Assembly: GCA_045654725.1 (NCBI GenBank)
Contig: JAZONX010000042.1
Coordinates: 33,805 to 97,804 of the forward strand
Direction: 5' to 3'
Length of the DNA stretch: 64,000 nucleotides
Origin: Eubacteriales bacterium
Lineage (GTDB): Bacteria; Bacillota; Clostridia; Oscillospirales; CAG-272
In this document: positions 28,203 through 36,219 of the stretch, piece by piece
Numbering within the stretch: the stretch's first letter is position 1
Layout: every line of letters begins with the position of its first letter
Notes under the pieces: generated by a model
The model's input: the letters and a program-made list of their open reading frames with translations, nothing else
Database searches by the model: none
Told to the model about the DNA's origin: nothing
Made by a program: the position numbers and the translations under genes

Positions 28203-29216
28203 CGCCACTCCAATGCTCACGGCAAGGACAGGCAAAAGAATAAGTCCTACAACGCCAAACAACGCGTAGCCAACATAGAGCAAAATCAAGGTTATTATCG
28301 GATGCAAATCCAGGCTTTTCCCAACAATTTTCGGTTCAGAGAACTGCCTTATCACAGCATTCACTACAAACAATACTATAAGCCCCACGCCGAGCAGCTT
28401 ACTTCCAAAGGCAATCTCAAGCACTCCCCAAGGAATCAGCACTGTGCCGACACCGATAATTGGCAGAATATCGAGCATAGCCACAAGCAGAGCGAGTGTA
28501 AAGGGCTTTTCCACCGAGAGAAGCAAAAATCCGACGAGAAGCGTGCCGTAGGTAATAAGCATAATCAAAGAATAGGAGCGAATATACCTACCTATCACTC
28601 TCACTATACCCCGGCAGAGGCGTGACGCCGTATCTACAAGTCTCTCCGGCAAAAGCTGACGGACAAATCTACTGATCCTGTCGTAATCGAGCGAAAAATA
28701 GACGAGCGAGATCAGCGTAACGATGATAAAAAGGAAACTTCTCGGCAGAGCCGTGACAACAGAGGTAACACCCTCGGCAATGCCTGTTAGAATGGCGGTA
28801 AGCATATTGCCAAGCATTTCGCTTATCATAAACGAAACCTCCTCGGGTAGTTTATCACCAAGGATAGGCTTTTTTGTCGATAGCAGAGAGTTCAGTAGCT
28901 CGTTTAGTCTTCCGCCCTCTCCTACGTCAACGAGAAGGTTGCGCAAGGCGGACACCACCTGCCACGCGAAAAGTCCGATAACTAGCAGAATTGCAAGCAC
29001 AAGCAAAAGCGAGAGCAAAAGTCTTGTCACCTTAACCGAAGCGCGTGTCTTTTTTGCCAAAGTTTCTGCGGGAGCACGGGTGAAGCTTGCAATCAGCCAG
29101 GCGATAATGAATGGCATCATAACGGGAAGCAGATATTTGACACCCAATATAAGGAGTATTAAAAAAGCAAGTATCCCGACCGAATATAGCGCGAAACGGA
29201 TCAATTTATCTCTCAT
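28170..29216 (-). CDS. ytvI: AI-2E/PerM-family membrane protein, sporulation protein YtvI-like
   Basis: About 8 TM segments. N-terminus LLPVMMPFIIAWLIA and C-terminal PKIVGKSLDLHP motif, typical of the AI-2E family. Confidence 0.7.
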   Translation of the reverse strand: MRDKLIRFALYSVGILAFLILLILGVKYLLPVMMPFIIAWLIASFTRAPAETLAKKTRASVKVTRLLLSLLLVLAILLVIGLFAWQVVSALRNLLVDVGEGGRLNELLNSLLSTKKPILGDKLPEEVSFMISEMLGNMLTAILTGIAEGVTSVVTALPRSFLFIIVTLISLVYFSLDYDRISRFVRQLLPERLVDTASRLCRGIVRVIGRYIRSYSLIMLITYGTLLVGFLLLSVEKPFTLALLVAMLDILPIIGVGTVLIPWGVLEIAFGSKLLGVGLIVLFVVNAVIRQFSEPKIVGKSLDLHPIITLILLYVGYALFGVVGLILLPVLAVSIGVALKNDGATEIT

Positions 29217-29308
29217 TTCTACCTCCCGAAAATACGCTATATAATATTATGGACTAAACAAGGAAAATAATTACATATAATATAAATTACACTAAAGGAG
29301 ATAATAAT

Positions 29309-29779
29309 ATGGTAGTAATTGAAATGGAAAACGGCGGCAAAATCGAGCTCGAGCTCTATCCCGAGGCTGCGCCCAAGACAGTGGCAAATTTCCTTAAGCT
29401 GGTAGGCGAAGGCTTCTATGACGGACTCATCTTCCACAGAGTCATTCCCGGATTTATGATTCAGGGCGGCGACCCCCTCGGCAACGGCATGGGCGGCTCC
29501 GACGAAAATATTATCGGTGAATTCAAGGCAAACGGTCACGACAATCCTATTAAGCACACCCGCGGCGTAATCTCTATGGCGAGAGCATACAACCCCAACT
29601 CTGCATCATCGCAGTTCTTCATTATGCACGCTAACGCACCGCACCTCGACGGTCAGTATGCCGCATTCGGCAAGGTTGTCAGCGGTATGAATGTTGTTGA
29701 CGAGATCGCATCAATTCCCACAGATTATAGCGACAGACCGAAGATCGCTATGAGAATGAAAAAGGTATACGTTGTTTAA
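29309..29779 (+). CDS. ppiB: peptidyl-prolyl cis-trans isomerase, cyclophilin type
   Basis: FHRVIPGFMIQGGDP and SQFFI motifs. Confidence 0.92.
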   Translation: MVVIEMENGGKIELELYPEAAPKTVANFLKLVGEGFYDGLIFHRVIPGFMIQGGDPLGNGMGGSDENIIGEFKANGHDNPIKHTRGVISMARAYNPNSASSQFFIMHANAPHLDGQYAAFGKVVSGMNVVDEIASIPTDYSDRPKIAMRMKKVYVV

Positions 29780-29789
29780 TTGGCAGCGC

Positions 29790-29825
29790 AAAAAAGAGGA
29801 CGGAAAATCCGTCCTCTTTTTTTTA
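29790..29825. terminator. bidirectional terminator (ppiB / secreted protein A)
   Basis: Stem AGAGGACGG (29795-29803) / CCGTCCTCT (29809-29817) between an A-run and a T-run. Confidence 0.8.
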
Positions 29826-29836
29826 TTTAAAAGAAA

Positions 29837-31897
29837 TTATTTCTTCTTGAAAACGCCGAAGATCTTGTCAAAGAATTCCTGGAACATCTTTACAAGCTTC
29901 TCCCAGAAGGTAAGCTTTCTGTAGGTCTTCTTAATAGTTGTAGTGGGCTTCTTCTCCTCCTCAGTCTCGTCCTCGCTAGGAGTATCGGGAGTATCAGGAG
30001 TATCAGGAGTATCAGGTGTGTCGGGAGTATCAGGCTCTTCGATCTCGAAGTAGTGCCACTGACCGTCTACGTTGTTGTAAAGGATGTAGTCATCCTTGGG
30101 AACGAAGAGGTCTGCAGACTGCTCAAGAGAACCGTCATCATTGGTTCCACCATTGTGGAAGAGCACATGAAGGGTACCTGCGGGAACTACCGCATAGTAG
30201 AGGCCGTCCTCACCAAGCTCCATTGCTGTGCCGGGCCACTCGATAGTGCTATCACCATCCCAGTAATAGAAGTAAACCTCGGACCAACCCTTGTCGTTCT
30301 TAACAACAACGGTAACGTCGTGCTCGGGAGGAAGAATAGGCTCAGGAATCTCAAACTCATCAACTGTGCACCAAGGATCGTTCTCGGTCTGAGAACCGCC
30401 TGCCTGACCTGCGCAAAGGCTATTGTCACAAACAACCTTGGCAGAACCTTTTACAGGAACCTTAAGGTCAGCAGTCTGGTTAGAACCGTCGTTGAAGATA
30501 ATGTTCTCGAAGCAAACGGGAACATCTGCATAGTAGAGACCGATCTCGTCGTCATACTCCATGGGAAGACCGGGCCAACCGCCATTCTGGATGTGTGCGC
30601 CGTCAAGAGTGCCCCATGCGTACCAGTTGGGAGCGCCCCAACCAAGGTTGTCACCAAGATAAACCTTGATGGTCTCATACTCGGAGAAATCAGGTGCGGA
30701 AGGAAGCTCGGGCTTCTCGATCTCAACGGAGGGATCGTAGTCCTCAAGAGCCATCCACTCGCCTGTGCCGTTGTTATAAACGATCTTGCTCTGATCGATA
30801 GTGTTAAGAGCGATATCACCTGTCTGAACATCATTACCGTTATTGAAGATAACGTAAGAATATGCCTCGGGAATCATTACGGGATAAAGAAGATATGTAT
30901 CCTCGTAAACGTCGTTACCGGGCCAATCCGAACGAACCTCACCTGCATCGTTCCAGGTGTAGTAAGCAACTACATCCCACCATGCGGTGTTGTAGATGTA
31001 TACCTTGTAGTAGCCGTCAACCGCCTCGATGGGGTTATCAGCGGGCTCGGAGGGAGTTACGGGAGGAGCAACTGTACCGCTGCCACCACCTGCGTAACTA
31101 AGAACGAGGGTATCGCCCTCACCCTTTGTAAGAGTGAATGTTACCTGACCCGAAGGAACGAACATCTTCTCACCTGCGCCGGTAGAAGCGTTGTGAAGAG
31201 TAGCGGTCTTGTCCTGGCAGTAGGACTGGGTGTAGTAGAATACGTTTTCACCGGTCTTAACAAGAACGTAGCTGTCTGCGGTGAAGTTAACGGTAAGAGA
31301 ACCGTCAACGAACTTGTAAATACCAAGATTAGCAGCATCGTCTACAATACCGTAGTCAGCGTTGTTGATGTAGCCTACAAGATAGAAATCACCGGTAAGT
31401 GCTTCGGGCTCGTCGGGAGTCTCGGGAATTTCGGGAATCTCGGGCTCGTCAGGAGTTTCAACTGCACCGAAGGTAGTCCAGTGGCCTGTGCCCTTCCACT
31501 CATAGCTCTCATTCCAAGATTCATCAAGAACGTAGAGATTGTTTCCGTCTGCAGGAAGAGTAAGGTCAACAGTCTGAGAATCCTTGTTATCCCAACTTGC
31601 GCCTGCACTAGCAGACTTAAGGCTAACGAAAATAATGTTTGTATAACCTGCGGGAATTGTTGCGGAGAATGTCAGGGTCTCGCCCTCGACAGCATCCAAA
31701 ACAGCCCAACCGCTACCACTATCATTCCAATAGTAAGCAGCAAATGCCTCGGAATACTGATCCCATTCGGCAGTAGGCTGGAAATATACTGTTGTGCCGC
31801 CCTCATCTGCAGCGGAAACGCCAACAGCAACAAGGCTCATCATCATTGTAAAAACAAGGAGGAGAGCAAGAAGAATTTTGCGAGTATTGTTCTTCAT
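29837..31897 (-). CDS. secreted multi-module protein A: signal peptide, 4 CBM25/26-like modules plus one unknown module, (PDT)6 linker, C-terminal amphipathic tail
   Basis: Signal peptide MKNNTRKILLALLLVFTMMMSLVAVGVSA. Repeated W..Y.W......WPG..M....G.Y...(I/V)P.....(I/V)IF..G...Q(T/S).D(L/I) modules. No catalytic domain, LPXTG, SLH or dockerin. Confidence 0.75.
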   Translation of the reverse strand: MKNNTRKILLALLLVFTMMMSLVAVGVSAADEGGTTVYFQPTAEWDQYSEAFAAYYWNDSGSGWAVLDAVEGETLTFSATIPAGYTNIIFVSLKSASAGASWDNKDSQTVDLTLPADGNNLYVLDESWNESYEWKGTGHWTTFGAVETPDEPEIPEIPETPDEPEALTGDFYLVGYINNADYGIVDDAANLGIYKFVDGSLTVNFTADSYVLVKTGENVFYYTQSYCQDKTATLHNASTGAGEKMFVPSGQVTFTLTKGEGDTLVLSYAGGGSGTVAPPVTPSEPADNPIEAVDGYYKVYIYNTAWWDVVAYYTWNDAGEVRSDWPGNDVYEDTYLLYPVMIPEAYSYVIFNNGNDVQTGDIALNTIDQSKIVYNNGTGEWMALEDYDPSVEIEKPELPSAPDFSEYETIKVYLGDNLGWGAPNWYAWGTLDGAHIQNGGWPGLPMEYDDEIGLYYADVPVCFENIIFNDGSNQTADLKVPVKGSAKVVCDNSLCAGQAGGSQTENDPWCTVDEFEIPEPILPPEHDVTVVVKNDKGWSEVYFYYWDGDSTIEWPGTAMELGEDGLYYAVVPAGTLHVLFHNGGTNDDGSLEQSADLFVPKDDYILYNNVDGQWHYFEIEEPDTPDTPDTPDTPDTPDTPSEDETEEEKKPTTTIKKTYRKLTFWEKLVKMFQEFFDKIFGVFKKK
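29981..30034 (-). repeat. 9-bp tandem repeat x6 encoding (Pro-Asp-Thr)6 linker
   Basis: Minus-strand units are CCTGATACT, CCCGACACA, CCTGATACT, CCTGATACT, CCCGATACT, CCCGATACT. Confidence 0.9.
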
Positions 31898-31935
31898 AAT
31901 ATAGTTCCTTTCTTATAATTATAATACTCTAGTTA

Positions 31936-31964
31936 ATTATATCACACGCGTAAAAATATTACAA
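31936..31964 (-). promoter_or_regulatory. promoter of secreted-protein gene A
   Basis: On the minus strand: TTGTAA (31964-31959), 17-bp spacer ending in TGA, TATAAT (31941-31936). Same architecture as gene B. Confidence 0.6.
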
Positions 31965-32025
31965 TATGCTTTTAAATATTTGAAGATTTTTGTGAAACCT
32001 TTACAAACCGATTTGTTTATTTTAT

Positions 32026-32056
32026 TAAAAAAGAGAGACGCCGAAGCGTCTCTCTC
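32026..32056 (-). terminator. terminator of secreted-protein gene B
   Basis: 10-bp stem AGAGAGACGC (32032-32041) / GCGTCTCTCT (32046-32055) with a CGAA loop. On the minus strand it is followed by TTTTTTAA. Confidence 0.8.
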
Positions 32057-32076
32057 AAATATTTATTGTTCAGGAA

Positions 32077-35000
32077 TTAGTCCTTCTTGCCGAAAAGATT
32101 CTTGAAGAAGTTAAGAATTGCCTGCCAGATTCTCTGGAAGAAGTTGAGCTTGGGAGCTTCCTCTACGGGAGTCTCGGGCTCAACGGGAGTTGTGGGCTCG
32201 TCGGGAATCACGGGATCATCAACGGGAGGAACATAGTTAGGATCGGACTCACCACACTCGCACTTGCCGTCAACGTAGTTGTGCTCATGCTCGGGCTCTT
32301 CGGGCTTAACAGCGAGAGTAAAATCGAACTCTCTCTGCTCGCCGATGTAGTCGAAGTTGATGCCTACCCAGTAGTAACCTGCTGTAGCAACGGTGAACTC
32401 AAGGCTGGAAAGGAGCTCGTAAGTAGCGTTATCAACGTTCCAAACGAATGCCTCTGTACCGGTAAGAGTTGCATCAGGGCTAGCATAGAATACGTAAACT
32501 ACGAGAGGATCACAACCATTGATTACATATGTGCCGGGCTCAAGGTAAACTGCAAGCCATTCAGCCTTAGCTGCAAGGAGCTCTTCGGAAACGATGTAGT
32601 GGTTGTCACCAAGAACGATAGCGTTCTTGTGAACGGGAGCGTCAAGAGACTCAAGAGTAACTGTGAATTCACCAGTTACGCCTTCCTTACCTGCGCATAC
32701 ATAGTATGTGCCAGGCTCAAGAGTAGCGGTACCGGAGAAGCCACAGAGACAAGCGCTGAGGTCAGCAAGATTCATCTCGGAGTAGATGTAGCAGTTAAGA
32801 TCTGCGCTGGAAACCTTATATGTACCAGCCTCGGTGATAACAAGCTCAAGCCATGCGATAGCATTGCCGGTAAGGTTAGTTACGGAACCGTCGATAACAA
32901 CGGTGTTGTCGCCAAGAACGAGAGCAGGAAGCTCGGGCTCCTCAACAGGAGGCTGAACCCACTCAGACTTAGTAACTGCAACGTTGAACTCGCCAATAAG
33001 GCCGTTACCTAAGCAAATAGCATAGTAGCCAACCTCAAGGTTAGCTGCGCCTGTGCCACCGCAAAGGAGGTTGCCTTCAAGGTCAAAGATGTATGCAAGA
33101 GCGCCATTATCACCTACGAAGGAATAATGAGCTGCTTCGTCTACTACGAAGGTAACCCACTCGATAGGAAGGTCGTACTGGTTAACAGTGTTACCGGTAA
33201 CAACGATCTTGTTGGTGTCGCCAACAACGAGAGTGTTAACGTGAGGAGTCTCGGGCTCGGAAGCCTTTGCAACGAGCTCAAGCTGGAAGATGTAGTTGTT
33301 ATCAGCGGGAATTGTGAGATAGTATGTACCTGCTGCAGGAAGCTCAAGCTCTGCATAGTACTGAGTGTTCTTTACGGTCTCGGTTGTAGTGGAAGAAAGA
33401 GCTGCGCCATCAGCATCACGAAGCTCGAAGTATCTGCCGTCGCCACCTGCAACGTACCAGATCTTAAGGGTGTGAGCACCGTCAACGGTGATCTGGATAG
33501 CATTCTTAGTGGGAACACCGCTATTGGTCTTGCCACCAAGGCTGAATCTCAAAGTACCGGAGAAGTCATCCCAGGTCTTTTCGCTTCCATCAACTCTGGA
33601 GTTCTTGCCATAGATGAATGTGAAGATGTCGTTGTACTTGTAAACATCGCCGTCAGCGTAGGTTCCCTTAGCGAATTCTTCCCACTCGGAGAAGTTGATA
33701 AGCTTATCGTTAGCGGGAGCTACGTAATCGGGATCTGCTGCTTCACATACGGAGCACTTGCCATCAACGTAGTTGTGAGCGCCTGCGATAGTTTCCCAGC
33801 AGTTCATGCACATGCCGCCTTCACAAGGATCAACAGTGTGAACAACAGTGAACTCAACGCCACAGCCTTCAGCCATACATGTGCCGGTCTGACCGCAAGT
33901 GAGGTACCAGTTGTAGTGACCCTGAGCCTCGGTCGAGTAGCTCTCAACGAATCCACAGATTGAGCAAGCTGCGTAGTATTCGCCAGCCTCTGTACAGGTT
34001 GCAGGAACATCCTTCTCTACAACCATGTCATGAGAGTACTCATAGTAAATGGTCTGTTCTTCAAACTGACCACAACCGTTAGCGCAAGCTACCTTCTTAA
34101 GACCGTTGGTCTGGGTAGCGCAGTTTACGGGAGTGAGAATTTCTTCATCGCCCCAGAAAGCGTGAGCCTCGGGATCGATAGCAGTTTCACGGGTTTCAAC
34201 CGCGCTGCAAAGAGAACAAATGTAAACGTCAACACCTACGGTTACGCAGTCAGCAGCTACCATCTGAGGATGCCAGCCAACTACCTGCTCATAGTTGTGC
34301 TCACAGGGAGCTGCAACTACAACTGTAACATTAGCGCCATCGAAGGTGATGGTAACGGTGCTGCCAGCGGTAGCAACGCTATAAGCCTCGTCAGCAGCGG
34401 GATATGCAGTACCCCAATCGTGGTCACGTGCAACCTTGAACTTATAATCGCCTGCTGCAACGTTCTCATATACTTTAGTATAAACGCCATCAGCATAGGA
34501 CATATCGTTAGCAGTGTTTCCGGTATCCCACTCAGTGCCAAGGTGTGCGCCGGTGCCTGCAACTGTGAAGCTAGCCTGACCGCCACATCTTTCGCACTTG
34601 TGTGCGGAATCGTAGCTGTGACCGAGAGCAGAAGCTACGGGGTCGCCACAGTCAAGGCATACCTGAGCTGTTGTACAGGTAGCAGCCTCGCCGAGGTTGC
34701 TGTGAGTGCAGGTAGAGCCGTATGTGCTCCAGCTTCCGCCACCCTTATCCCATGTATTTTCCTTAACGGTGTAATGGTTAGGACCATCAGTAGGAACAGT
34801 GAGATCAGCGGTCTGATTCCACTTGTTACTCCAGTTATTTGCGGATGCGTTGGGGTTCATTCTGCAGAAGATAACGCTGGGGTATCCTGCAGGAACATCA
34901 ACTTCATAAACGCCGTCTCCATCGGAGTCGGTCATGCTTACCCATTTTTCGCCATTTCCGAAGAAATAAGCAGCGAAACGAGCGTTATCCTTCTTCCAAT

Positions 35001-35127
35001 TCGCATTGGGAGTAAGGTAAAGCTTCTCGGGTGCTTCAGCACTTGCGGTAAGTGTAAGTGCTGCCATGCTCATCAAAATTGCCATTACGACAACGAGAGC
35101 AACTAAAATTTTGCGTGTGTTTCTCAT
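32077..35127 (-). CDS. secreted multi-module protein B: signal peptide, CBM-like module, Cys/His-rich CxxC repeat blocks, beta-sandwich repeats, Pro-rich linker, C-terminal amphipathic tail
   Basis: Signal peptide MRNTRKILVALVVVMAILMSMAALTLTASA. About 40 Cys, mostly in CxxC pairs (aa 140-182 and 275-462). Three repeats of about 100 aa (L.LGDN...W....... G(T)Y). The tail is KLNFFQRIWQAILNFFKNLFGKKD. Confidence 0.75.
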   Translation of the reverse strand: MRNTRKILVALVVVMAILMSMAALTLTASAEAPEKLYLTPNANWKKDNARFAAYFFGNGEKWVSMTDSDGDGVYEVDVPAGYPSVIFCRMNPNASANNWSNKWNQTADLTVPTDGPNHYTVKENTWDKGGGSWSTYGSTCTHSNLGEAATCTTAQVCLDCGDPVASALGHSYDSAHKCERCGGQASFTVAGTGAHLGTEWDTGNTANDMSYADGVYTKVYENVAAGDYKFKVARDHDWGTAYPAADEAYSVATAGSTVTITFDGANVTVVVAAPCEHNYEQVVGWHPQMVAADCVTVGVDVYICSLCSAVETRETAIDPEAHAFWGDEEILTPVNCATQTNGLKKVACANGCGQFEEQTIYYEYSHDMVVEKDVPATCTEAGEYYAACSICGFVESYSTEAQGHYNWYLTCGQTGTCMAEGCGVEFTVVHTVDPCEGGMCMNCWETIAGAHNYVDGKCSVCEAADPDYVAPANDKLINFSEWEEFAKGTYADGDVYKYNDIFTFIYGKNSRVDGSEKTWDDFSGTLRFSLGGKTNSGVPTKNAIQITVDGAHTLKIWYVAGGDGRYFELRDADGAALSSTTTETVKNTQYYAELELPAAGTYYLTIPADNNYIFQLELVAKASEPETPHVNTLVVGDTNKIVVTGNTVNQYDLPIEWVTFVVDEAAHYSFVGDNGALAYIFDLEGNLLCGGTGAANLEVGYYAICLGNGLIGEFNVAVTKSEWVQPPVEEPELPALVLGDNTVVIDGSVTNLTGNAIAWLELVITEAGTYKVSSADLNCYIYSEMNLADLSACLCGFSGTATLEPGTYYVCAGKEGVTGEFTVTLESLDAPVHKNAIVLGDNHYIVSEELLAAKAEWLAVYLEPGTYVINGCDPLVVYVFYASPDATLTGTEAFVWNVDNATYELLSSLEFTVATAGYYWVGINFDYIGEQREFDFTLAVKPEEPEHEHNYVDGKCECGESDPNYVPPVDDPVIPDEPTTPVEPETPVEEAPKLNFFQRIWQAILNFFKNLFGKKD

Positions 35128-35170
35128 AATAATTTCCTTTCTTACAAAAATTTTTTATCACGCTGGAGTA

Positions 35171-35199
35171 ATTATACCATATTTAGAATAAATTTACAA
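35171..35199 (-). promoter_or_regulatory. promoter of secreted-protein gene B
   Basis: On the minus strand: TTGTAA (35199-35194), 17-bp spacer ending in TGG, TATAAT (35176-35171). The RBS is GTAAGAAAGGAA, as in gene A. Confidence 0.6.
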
Positions 35200-35334
35200 T
35201 ACGGTTTTTCAAAATGTATTCTTTTTGTGAAGATTGCACAAACGTTTTTTCTTTGCATAAAACAACCGAAAATCAGAGTTATTTGTCAAAAAAGTGAAAA
35301 ATGTTCATCTTTGCCGAATTTTTCTGACAAGGGA

Positions 35335-35365
35335 TGAAAAAAGCGGGAGAATCGAAATCTCCCGC
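35335..35365 (-). terminator. terminator of the HAD hydrolase gene
   Basis: Stem GCGGGAGA (35343-35350) / TCTCCCGC (35358-35365). On the minus strand it is followed by TTTTTTCAT. Confidence 0.75.
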
Positions 35366-35406
35366 AAAATCTTTAGATTTGTGCACTTTTTATAATTATA
35401 AAAGCT

Positions 35407-36057
35407 TTAAAGAAGCAGCTTAAGGATCTCTTCAGGAGTGTCAACAATATAAGTAAATCCCGAGCTTTGAAGTTCTTCCCTGCTTCCATGTCCCCAGCAA
35501 ACACCCAGGCTGTCGATTCCGCAAATTTTCGCGCCCTCGGCATCGTACATTCTGTCACCGATGAGGATTGCTTTGCTTCTGTCAGCATCCACCGAGTTGA
35601 GGCTGTACTCGAGCACCTGCCACTTGTGGTCGCGGTTGTCGCCCTTCGCTCCGCCGAGGAAATCAAAATACTTGTCAAGACCGAAAAGCTTCATTATCTT
35701 AATAGCAGTGTCTTCAGGCTTCGAGGTAGCGAGAACTATGGTTTTCCCCGCCGCCTTCAATTTCTCAAGCATCTCAACGATACCGTCGTAGACCTTGTTA
35801 TCCCACCAACCGTAGATATTGTAATATTCTCTGAATTTCTCGATGGCCTCCACAACGGTTGTTTCGTTGAACCCGAACTCATTCTGCCAAACTACGTAGA
35901 GTGATGGACCGATAAATCTTCGAAGCGACTCGCGGCTTCCGTAATCGGTAACACCCATCTTTTTGAATGCATAAATGAAGCCCTCGATAAGGCCGTTTTC
36001 AGGCTCGGTCAAAGTCCCATCAAGATCAAAAGCGATAACGTCGTATTTTTTCATCAT
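35407..36057 (-). CDS. HAD-superfamily phosphatase (phosphoglycolate phosphatase / nucleotidase-like)
   Basis: Motif I FDLDGTL, motif II ATSK, motif IV GDRMYD. Start trimmed to MMKKYD. Confidence 0.8.
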   Translation of the reverse strand: MMKKYDVIAFDLDGTLTEPENGLIEGFIYAFKKMGVTDYGSRESLRRFIGPSLYVVWQNEFGFNETTVVEAIEKFREYYNIYGWWDNKVYDGIVEMLEKLKAAGKTIVLATSKPEDTAIKIMKLFGLDKYFDFLGGAKGDNRDHKWQVLEYSLNSVDADRSKAILIGDRMYDAEGAKICGIDSLGVCWGHGSREELQSSGFTYIVDTPEEILKLLL

Positions 36058-36084
36058 TACCTCACTAAAACAAAATGCATCTAC

Positions 36085-36113
36085 ATTATAGTATAAATTT
36101 GCCAAAAAGTCAA
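36085..36113 (-). promoter_or_regulatory. sigmaA promoter of the HAD gene
   Basis: On the minus strand: TTGACT (36113-36108), 17-bp spacer, TATAAT (36090-36085). Confidence 0.65.
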
Positions 36114-36123
36114 CAAAATATGT

Positions 36124-36152
36124 AAAAGCCCCACAAATGATGTGAGGCTTTT
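36124..36152 (-). terminator. gdhA terminator
   Basis: On the minus strand: AAAAGCCTCACA-TCATT-TGTGGGGCTTTT, with one mismatch in the stem. Confidence 0.6.
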
Positions 36153-36219
36153 CAAGGCTTCCTCTTGAGTGGAAGCTGTCACGTATCGACTGATGAGGTG
36201 TAGATTGCAGTACAATCGT

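Noticed and set aside
30053-31918. 621-aa plus-strand ORF antisense to secreted-protein gene A. Similar long antisense ORFs are 32281..33012, 33127..33963 and 34030..35106 (opposite gene B), 3734..4873 (opposite glcK), 17357..18427 (opposite dxr), 50157..51083 (opposite the coiled-coil gene), 51708..52580 (opposite tpiA), 52755..54068 (opposite pgk) and 61541..62542 (opposite rimO).
   Set aside because: Each lies exactly opposite a gene with unambiguous family motifs. The translations are low-complexity (Ser/Leu/Val/Cys/Asn-rich), have no RBS, and show no recognisable motifs. They are explained by codon bias in the real genes depleting stop codons in the antisense frame.
35227-35241. TGTGAAGATTGCACA upstream of gene B, and TGTGAAACCTTTACAA (31991-32006) upstream of gene A, as possible CRP/FNR-type sites (TGTGA-N6-TCACA).
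   Set aside because: Only the outer 4-5 bases are palindromic. The spacing relative to the -35 box differs between the two genes (about 30 vs about 18-27 bp). No Crp/Fnr regulator is nearby. The evidence is too weak to call.
36158-36219. CTGATGAG at 36190-36197, next to a GCTTCC-N8-GGAAGC hairpin (36158-36176). It superficially resembles a hammerhead ribozyme core.
   Set aside because: There is no matching GAAA/CGAAAC core element and no three-stem junction on either strand. The region is the 3' UTR of gdhA, so this is most likely chance plus a terminator-proximal hairpin.
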